Assembly (NCBI GenBank): GCA_964016885.1
Contig: OZ024753.1
Coordinates: forward strand, 14,880,001-14,944,000
Direction of reading: 5' to 3'
DNA length: 64,000 nucleotides
Source of the DNA: Eledone cirrhosa
Lineage: Eukaryota
Part shown: piece by piece, positions 54,340 through 64,000 of the stretch
Numbering within the stretch: the first letter of the stretch is position 1
How the letters are laid out: every line of letters starts with the position of its first letter
Notes under the pieces: generated by a model
Database searches by the model: none
The model's input: the letters and a program-made list of their open reading frames with translations, nothing else
What the model was told of the DNA's origin: nothing
Position numbers and translations under genes: made by a program

Positions 54340-55509
54340 TACCTCACTCGCCCTCTATCTCTCTCTGTATGTATATATATATATATATATATATATGTTT
54401 CTTCTCTCTTCATAATGTATTTTTAACTCTGATACTGGTTCAGTCTAGTTCAACTGAATTGGTCTGTCCCAGTCATTCATTGAGCAACATCGGTGAAGTC
54501 GGCACCCTTAACTCACAGTTGGGTGCGGATGCATTCATGTATATATGTGTGTGTCCGCATGTATCTGTGTGTTTCTAAATATATATATATATATATATAG
54601 ACACACATACACACTAGCCCATCGTTGTTGGACAATTTTTACCATAGAACTTGCTTTCAATTTCTTTTTATTCCATGTCAGGCCACGCCTTTCTCTTATT
54701 CCCTGTTTGTAGACTTTCCCCATCAATGATGCCCAAGGTTTTTTCTATGGAAATTTACTCAGTGGAGCTGTATGTTGAAGTGGTATCAGTTAATTGTTGT
54801 GTACTTTAGCATGAGTGTCTTCACCTAAACATTGGATGACCCCACTGAAGACAACTCTCTGCCTCAGTGCAAAAAACAATGCCCCCTGTTGACAACATGG
54901 ATGGACAGAATAATAAGATCATATTGTAGGAATACATGAGGATCAATAAAAGCCAGACTAAATAAATTGTCACAGTAACGGCAATTGATTATAAATATTT
55001 TCTATTTTTTAAATTTTCTTTTATTCTTTTCAGAATTAAGGAACTTCATGTCCTTCAAAACCTCCTCCCTGGGATGCAGCTTTTGAAAATCAAATTTGTT
55101 TTCTCTGAGGCATCTTCTTTTGGAGCCTATCGGCAACATACACACACATATACATACAAACATACACTCTCATATATATTTATATATATGTATATATATT
55201 TATATATATGTATATATATATTTACGTTATTCCGGGTTGAATCGGAGGTAACCACAGTAAGTAAGGTACTCAATACATTGCAGAGTATAAAAGTTTTAAT
55301 ATAGATGAGATTCTACAGGACTAGAGCTGTTTCATTCTTTAGAAATCATCATTCTAAAGAATGAAACAGTTCTAGTCCTGTAGAATCTCATCTATATTAA
55401 AACTGTATATATATTTATATATATGTATATATATTTATATATATGTATATATATTTATATATCCATACATATATACTCACCTATGCTCAAGCACACACAC
55501 ATACATACA

Positions 55510-55546
<37 letters not shown>

Positions 55547-55661
55547 ACAAAATCATGTAGTCATATAAGTATGACTGCATATTGAATAGTGGCAATCCAT
55601 GTGGTTTGGTGGGATTCTATAACTGAATTCACCATAAAATTATGAAGAAAGATTCTCTTAC

Positions 55662-55757
55662 CTGCACTTCCAATGCATGGTAGGCAAGGATTAATCCGAG
55701 AAGAATCACCGTAGACACGCTTATTAATGACTTCATCGATTTCGATACCGGTTCATC
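55662..55757 (-). CDS. SK: Internal coding exon (96 bp, phase 0-0) of a small-conductance calcium-activated potassium channel (SK/KCNN family), S2 transmembrane segment
   Basis: The minus strand reads tcttttctttctgttattAG|GAT GAA CCG...GAA GTG CAG|GTAAG, translating to DEPVSKSMKSLISVSTVILLGLILAYHALEVQ. This matches the SK motif LKxLISxSTxILLGLIxxYHAxExQ. Canonical acceptor with pyrimidine tract and GTAAG donor; not in the ORF track. Confidence 0.93.
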
Positions 55758-56878
55758 CTAATAACAGAAAGAAAAGAGGTGAAATGATAGGTTTAGGACT
55801 TATAATGAATTATTGGTGAAACTAAAAGCTGAAATTAAAAGTCACTTATGTATTATGGCTAACTAGATTAAAAAAAAAGTTGTTTTGATTTTTCATAATA
55901 TATGAAAAAGCAAACCAAAGATGATAAGATACTGAACTGGTGACAGATCATATGATCAACACATTTGACAACAGACCATGTGATCAACAGACAACAGATG
56001 AGAAAGAAATGCAATCTTAATTAGATTGTCTGGTACTGTTAGGTTTGTTTTCAACTAACATCGTTATTGTAATTGTTTTTATGTCAAAAGAAATAGACAC
56101 AAACACACAATCTTACAAACACACATATGTTACACCCCCCCCCCCCACACACAAGCCTAAAAACATACATACCCTCATACAAACACAGGCACGTAGCCAC
56201 ACACACGCCTAACAACATACATACCCACATACAAACGCAAGCACGTACCCCCCCACCCACCCACACACACAAGCCTAAAAACATACATACCCACATACAA
56301 ACACAGGCACATACCCACATACACAGCCTACAAACCCACATACATACACACAAGCCTAAAAACACATATACCTACATACAAACACAGGCACATCCCCACA
56401 TACACACACCCACGTACATACACACAAACCTACAAAGCCACCCATACACACACACATATATGTATATATTAATTATTTGTACACAGCAAAGTACAGTAAA
56501 AACTCTAAGATAAAGTTAATGTACATATAACTACAATTTAGAAATATCAGTGTAAAAATTTAACCAAAATTGAAAAGCATTGTTATTCTCTGTCTACACA
56601 GAAAAACATAAGATTGTTTACACATGTTTCACAGCTATTTGGTAACTCATCAGGAGGCAAATACCATTATCTTTCTGACCACAAAAATACCTACAGTCAA
56701 ACGCTATTTATATCAAATACAAACAAGAAATTAACTAAAAGGAGCACATCTAATTTGCATAATGTGCACCCATCAGTAGCCTGGTTAATTAAATAATGGA
56801 TATATATAACACAGCATATATTAGATAATCTGAAGTAAATTTAATTAATTATAAAATATATGAAGATGTGAAAAAAGC

Positions 56879-57033
<155 letters not shown>

Positions 57034-57236
57034 TCAATTTGCTTTGAAATATAAAAACTGGAAAGATGTAGGTGAAAAAGTTATATCAGCTCAAAATATG
57101 ATATTTATTTCAATAAATTGAACACAAGTCTTCATACAATTCAATATATATATATATATATATAAGAAAAAAAGCGGAAATCGAAAATGCAACTGGGGGT
57201 CTTGTTTTAAAAAAAATATATATATTTATTTGGTTC

Positions 57237-57273
57237 CTTTACCGGTTTCGCAGTTCTTCTGCTTTTCAAAAGT
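57237..57273 (-). ncRNA. Degenerate minimal hammerhead motif
   Basis: Minus strand: CUU-UUGAAAA-GCAG AAGAA CUGC-GAAA-CCGG-UA|AAG. The core has two substitutions relative to CUGAAGA. Confidence 0.4.
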
Positions 57274-57308
57274 AGAGTTGAGATGGAGGGTCTGTGGTTT
57301 TTCTCACA

Positions 57309-57361
<53 letters not shown>

Positions 57362-58036
57362 CAAAGAATTTGATGAAAGAGAAGTCAGCCATTAAAATAA
57401 TGGCTTGCTTCTCTTTCAGCAAATTCTCCGATTATAATTGCTCTGCTTAAATTCGCACACTAAATATGAATGCTTCTAATATTTAACCCTGTCTGCACAA
57501 GCATTGAGCACTATTGCATCTGCTTATGACAATTAATTATCTGTATCGTCTCTTTCTATAATGTTTCTTCTCTCTATTCTCTCTCATGATGCTGTAACAT
57601 TTTATTATATATATATAATGTAGGTACCACAGTTAAAAGTTCCCAGTTCCGCACTGTAAATGTGGTTGGTGTTAGGAAGGGCATCCAGCCGTAGAAAACC
57701 TGCCAGATAGTCCTATATGAGCGAGACATGGTCACACGACCAGCCTTGCCTCAAGTGGGACAACTCCCATCTAACCCATGCTAGCGTGGAAAATGGATGT
57801 TAAACGAAGATGATGATGATGATGATGGTGATATATATATACACATATGAATTCCTAGTATGCAAGTATATCCACACATAGAACAAACCTTATTAAAACA
57901 TGTTCCTCTATGCTATATTGTTAGACAAGATGAAGTTAAGGTATCTATATCTTATTTAATTCTGACAAGTCATATTAGGATGAAACATATGTAAATTAAA
58001 TTATGATATAATTAACAGTGTTTGGTAATATATTTA

Positions 58037-58073
<37 letters not shown>

Positions 58074-59754
58074 TATATTGTGGTACAAAATTGGTATAAA
58101 TGTCCCAGGGTTTAGAGCACTCAGTCCGTAGATACATAAGTATTGTTGGGTTGTTTATCCCAACTCATACCAGCCTGCCATAATAACAATGGCATCCATC
58201 CAGGGGCATTTTGAAAAGTATAGGAGAATTCTAAGTGCAGGTAATCCAGAAATTATCCTTTAATAGACAAATAAGTTAAATTTTATAAAAGTAAAGTCAG
58301 CTAACTATGGTAACTCGTGTTTCACAAAGAGACAAGGGTTAACGCTTTAGTTCCCAGTCTGGCCAAAACCATCTCTGGTTTTATGAAATAAAATGACCCA
58401 TTTTAAAGGTTTCCAATATGAATTAAAATCTTCCAACATAATTTTATATAAGAACATTACATTAAGTTACTATCTTAGTAATGAAATAATTAAGAATTTT
58501 AGTAAATCCCTCAATTAGTTGAAATAGAGTGTAGAAACATGATTTTGAAAGGGTTAATTTGAAAAGTCGAAAATATTAATTGACCGGATAGATGCCATTG
58601 TTACTTTGACAGGTTGAATGAGTTGTGAGAAACAACACAACAAAACTAAGAAAATGTCACTGAATTGAGATCTTTGGCACTATGCAGTTGTACAGAAGAC
58701 CAGCCTTCCCTTGCATACAAACTTAAACCTACAGTCATCAGGCACTTCTTAACCCAAAATACACTCAACCCCACACACCCCACTCCATCCTCCCATCTCA
58801 TTCCACTGTAGAGTAGTTGTGTTGGTGACACAACAAAAAGCACCCAGTCCACACTGTAAACTGATCATGTAGGAGACAATAAAAAAGGCTCCAAGTCCAC
58901 ACTGTAAATGTGGTTGGTGTTAGGAAGGGCATCCAGCTGTAGAAAACCTGCCAGGGACAGTTCTGTACGAGCAAGACACGGTCTCCCAACCAATCTTCCA
59001 TCAAGTGGAACAAAACCGTTTAACACATGCTAGTGTGGAAGATGGATGTTAAACGATGATGAAGTGAATGTAAAGCTAAAGAAAATTGAGTGTGAGGGAA
59101 ATAAAATAAAAGTAGAAATATATAAATGCTAACTGCCTAAGGAAGACGTAAGAAAGGAAGCAAATATTGTGGTTGAAATATGCAATTACGAGGGAAAAAC
59201 ATAATGGACAATAATGGTTTGCAGCAATATAGTTATAGAGGAAACATTTAGTAATGTGTTGATAAGATCTTAACAATTCAGACTTTTCATTTCAGCCATG
59301 TGAATTAAGAAATGAGGTGAGATACTTTTCATTTAAATGCAATTTACCATGAAAATTTGATGAGAAATGAGCCATTAGCATATAGCAGACTGTCTTAGAT
59401 AAACTTTTTGACTTTAAATGAGATAAGGCTATTTTCTTCTTTAAAGCCAGATATACTTTGCAGCAAGAGATCACAGCTCTACTACTACGCGCATGTAGCT
59501 AGAATGTCTAAGGAAACAAAACACTGGACAGATGCTATGGGTAAAACCATATTAAAAACAAAGCAAGATTTTACATTAAGGTCTTTAGTGATTATTCACA
59601 GTTATGAGTTTTTCACAGATGGGTGGCACAGGATCTATGTAAATGCTATAGACCCAATATTTGATGCCACTGAACTGTGCATAACAGCAATATTGTAATT
59701 AATAAAATCATATAAGATTCCAGAATACTGGTTTCTTTTTCATTCTTATATATA

Positions 59755-59962
59755 TAAGAAGGTGATCTGGTGGTGGAACAACTCAGTGGATAAAGCCATT
59801 AAAAGCAAGAGACAGGCTTGGAAAGACTGGAAATATTGGGGTAATAGAGACCTGAAGTAAATGATGAGGGAACACAATGAGTGGAGAGATGCCTGGCTGA
59901 GAAAGACCCATCCAACCTATGCTAGTGTGGAAAAAACGGGCATAAAAACGATGATGATGATT
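59755..59962 (+). mobile_element. Internally deleted RTE fragment
   Basis: KKVIWWWNNSVDKAIKSKRQAWKDWK (RTE WWN motif) joined directly to the RTE 3' end gagtggagagatgc...aagaccc...gctagtgtggaaaa...(gat)n. Confidence 0.6.
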
Positions 59963-62188
59963 TATATATATTGGAAATTGGTTCCAAACATCATCATCAT
60001 CATCAATTTTACGTCCGTTTTCCCTGCTTGCAAGCGTGGGGCGGGAACTGATTCTGGCTTGATTTCTACAGCTGGATGCCCTTCTTAACACCATAACACC
60101 AACCTCATTTAGAGTGAGTGCTGGGTGCATTTTTCCGTGGCGCCTAAACGCCCACTTTACAGTGTGAGCTGGGTTATTTGTATTTTGTCAATTTAAGTCT
60201 TAATGGAGGCACATGGCTTAGTGGTTAGAGCATTGGGCTTGCAATCGAAAGGTTGTGAGTTCAATTCTCAGACCGGGTGATGTGTTGTTTCTTTGAGCAA
60301 GACACTTTATTTCACATTGCTCCAGTTTACTCAGCTGTAGAAATGAGCTGATAGGACTGGGGTCCCTATCATTCCACTGCAAAGTGGTCATGGAGGTGCC
60401 ATGACAGAAAAGCACCCAGCCCACACTGTAAATGAGGTTGGTGTTAGGAAGGGAATCCAGCTGTAGAAATCAAGCCAGAATCAGTTCCTGTCCCAGAGAC
60501 TGATTCTAATTTTATAAACTTGTATATATAGGCACCTTTGAATTGGAATAAGAATATTAGTGGAAGTTTCCATGTTAAATAGAGCAGACACCATTCCCTA
60601 AAATGAAAGCAAGAATTACTTATTGGGAAGAAGGACACTGTTCATCTGTGAATTCTATATTAAATTTCCGAGAAAAAGAATTTCCAGTAATGTGATATAT
60701 ACAGGTGAAGAACAGCTCACTGATCAGGCAAATACCTGAATATACAAGTGAAACAGTGCCTTTCAGGTAAATACCTTAATATACAACTGATACTCTGCCT
60801 GCAGGTAAATTCTAAATTTGATAACAAATTGCAACTTAATGTGTATGTATGAATGTGTGTATGTATGAATGTGTGTATGAATGTATGTGTGTATACATAA
60901 GCTGGTTAAAAACAGGAACGTGACAAATGATATCACTTATCACGTGTTCATGTATGCATTGACGTTCTCTCTCTCTTTCACTCACTGCTTCCATCTCCCT
61001 TGTTCTCCCCATCTCTTACTATTATATGCAAATAAAGAGCGGTGGATTGGCAGAATCGGTAGAGCATCGGACACCATGCTTTGCAGCATAGAGCTATGGT
61101 CCTTTATGGTCTGAGTTCAAATCCTGCCGAGGTTAACTTTGCCTTTCATCCATACAGGGTCGATAAAATAAATCACCAGTAATGCACTGGGGTCAATTTA
61201 ATCAACTTTCTCCTCCCCTAAAATTGTTGGCCTTATGCCTAAATCAGGAGCAAACGGGAGCCAACGTGGTGGTCACCCCACAGTCTTGGCATACAGAATA
61301 GAGGAGGTGTTTCCCTGGAGGATGGTGGGGAGGAAGACGTGTTAGCCATTCCAGCTCAGCTCGTGAGGATCAGACCTGTGGGTAGCGATTTATGAACAGC
61401 AGTCCAAATAGGCACAGGTATGGCTGTAGGTTTAAGGAGTTTCTTGAAAATAATGTGGTTCGGGGTTCAGTTTCACTGCCCAGCTCCTTCTACTGTAGAG
61501 TCTGGTTGACCTATGCCCTATGATTGGAATCTGGTAAGCAGAAACTGCAAAAGCCTAGTGTGTGTGTCCATGTCTGTGCTTATGTCCTGTAACTTAGTGG
61601 TTTGACAAAAGAAAGCAATACAATATGTACCGTAGGTGACAAAAGTATGTACTGGCGTTAATATGATCAACTAAAATCCTTCAGTGAAATCACAAAAAAC
61701 ACTAAAAAATCTAGGCTATATTATCATCATAATCGTCATTGTTTAATGTCCATCTTCCACATGGGTTGGACGGTTTTGTCCCACTTGAGACAAGATTGGT
61801 CGGAAGACCATGTCTCACTCGTACAGAACTGTTTCTGGCAGGTATTCTATGGCTGGATGCCCTTCCTAACACCAACTTCATTTACCATGTGGACTGGGAG
61901 CCTTTTTACCATGTCTCAACCACTTAATGTATGTCTATGAAATATATAAACTTGATATTAACAAAAAGGAAAAGAAACCAGAGCAAGATTATAATGTGGA
62001 ATGTTTTTACAAGATAATCTCATGAAAAACTTCAGTTGTTGCTTTTAAGCTTCATGTCAACTCTAATTATACAGAGCTATATAATATATATAGCTATATA
62101 TAATGCTATTTCGACCTATCCCTTCTCCTTCAAATATAATTTATCTAAAACTACATTGTTCAATATGTTCACATTTTGTTATAAGATA

Positions 62189-62786
62189 CTAGCAGTGGTA
62201 CCCGGCGTTGCATGGGATAAGGTATTTTGGAACGCAGGCTGCCAACAGACCTAATTGGAGAAAAACTGCATGCCTGGGCAATATGAAAATAAAATAAACC
62301 GAATACTCTGATGGCTGGATAATCTTTAAGATTTTCCTCGATGAAGCAGGAAAAATGCAGGTTTTCACCTAACGCAGGCCCTAGGGGATCAAGAAAATGA
62401 ATTCTTTTTATGTGCATAATATGCCGTGAAATTTCGGGAAAATTAGCTATACGTAACACCTTAAAAAAGCCCTAGAAAGCTGAAAAAATGAAGTTTTTCA
62501 CCTAATGCAGGCCCTAGGCCATAAAAAAGTTGGATTTTCTTTGCTTACGGTATGAAGAAGAGACTGACTAATACATAGTTACAATTTCAAGGAAATCGGT
62601 CTGACGTAACACCTCAAAAAACCCCTAAAAAACTATTTTTCACCTAATCTGGGCCCTAGGGGATCAAAAAGTAATACACATGTAAAGTTTGAAAAAAATC
62701 GGTTGGGTACTTCTCAAGTTTTAGAGATTCAAACTCACAGACACACATGCACACACAGACATCCTCAGTTTTATATATATATATGA
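62189..62786 (-). mobile_element. Non-autonomous Helitron (~600 bp)
   Basis: A|TC...TATAAAACTG 5' end and cccatgcaacgccgggt...CTAG|T 3' end; internal repeats ttttcacctaa.gc.ggccctagg. Confidence 0.85.
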
Positions 62787-62994
62787 TCTGAATGCTATTT
62801 CTAGCATGTGGAACAATCATATATTGGCCCCCACCATTGACTCATCAGAATCTTCAATTCATGTTATGGAATCTTAACACAGATTCACCATTTTACATGC
62901 CTTCTCTTTGTTAATGCTATGAAAATTTCAAACTTCAGTTTTGTGAAATAGGTATTCTCCAGAAAGAATTAATAAATTATCTTTGAAAACATTT

Positions 62995-63200
62995 AGAACG
63001 CATTTTGTCATTAAGATGTCGTTAGAATGCCTCAAGAAATAATCGTTGGAGAGATTTTACAGGCAAAACCAACTGTCAGGAGACCCAAGGGTAGATCCCA
63101 AGCGAGATTGTTGGCTCATGGAGATAGTTACTTATGACAGGACCCACTGAAAGGAGAGTTTGAGGACTCTGCCACCTTGACCTTCACAGGAATAAGTGGG
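62995..63200 (+). mobile_element. Old RTE-like LINE 3' relic
   Basis: RMPQEIIVGEILQAKPTVRRPKGRSQAR resembles the RTE C-terminal GxRPxGRP region. Confidence 0.4.
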
Positions 63201-63605
63201 TGAAGATGATGTTCTGTAGTGTCTTTTCATGGTATGTGTGGAATCTTACTTGAGAAGTTGCTAAACTTTTGCTCAACATTTCCCCAATTTCTTGGAGGAA
63301 TGACATAGTGCATAACCCTGATCCCAACTTACCCATATCTCCATTTAGTTAAGAAGAGAATTGAACCTAGGATATTACTCATCATAAGAAATGAAAGGCA
63401 AAGCTGATCATTACAGAATTTGAGCTGAGAACACAAACAAGCTGATCGAATTATTGCAATGATACTTTACTAATTCTACCAATTGACTATATATATATAT
63501 ATATATATATATGCGAGCAAGACAACCACTCTTGCCTCAAGTGGGAAAACCCCCGTCCAAACCCATGCAAGCGTGGAACACGGACGCTAAACCTTGATGA
63601 TGATG

Positions 63606-63643
<38 letters not shown>

Positions 63644-64000
63644 CATCATTATCGATTAATGTCTATCTTCCATGCTAGCATGGGTTAGACAGGTCCCATT
63701 ATAGAGGCAAATTGGGTTGGGTGACCATGTCTGGCTCATATAGGCGTGTTTTGGGCTGGTTTTCTATGGCTGGATGCCTTCCTAACACCAACTACATTGA
63801 TAGTGTGTGCTGGGTACTTTTTTGCCACGTATTTTACACATCCACTTTACAGGATGTACTTTTTGATATATAAATATATATATATAAATATATATATATA
63901 AATATATATATATCATCATCATCATTTTTACGTCCGCTTTTCCCTGCTTGCAAGGGTGGGACGGAAATTGATTCTGGCTTGATTTCTACAGCTGGATGCC

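Overview
Eukaryotic, AT-rich, repeat-saturated DNA; the microsatellite and SINE/RTE/Dong/Helitron mix suggests a cephalopod (octopus-like) genome, which is an inference. The only host coding sequence I can support is a single 96-bp minus-strand exon (55662-55757, DEPVSKSMKSLISVSTVILLGLILAYHALEVQ) of a small-conductance Ca2+-activated K+ channel (SK/KCNN) gene, so the rest is probably intron (>55 kb downstream, >8 kb upstream). The window holds several tRNA-derived SINE families, RTE, Tx1/L1-like and Dong/R4-like LINE fragments, four non-autonomous Helitrons, hAT and piggyBac-like MITEs, and minisatellites grown out of these elements. The most notable signal is a population of short, often fold-back elements sitting in (TA)n tracts that carry minimal type I hammerhead ribozyme motifs (CUGANGA...GAAA-palindrome-UH) of the dimerising kind known from Penelope-like retroelements. 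I count about 20 motifs from at least 8 distinct sequence families, including variants with a very long stem II and one with an extra core nucleotide. Nearly all ORFs in the supplied track are microsatellite or SINE artefacts.
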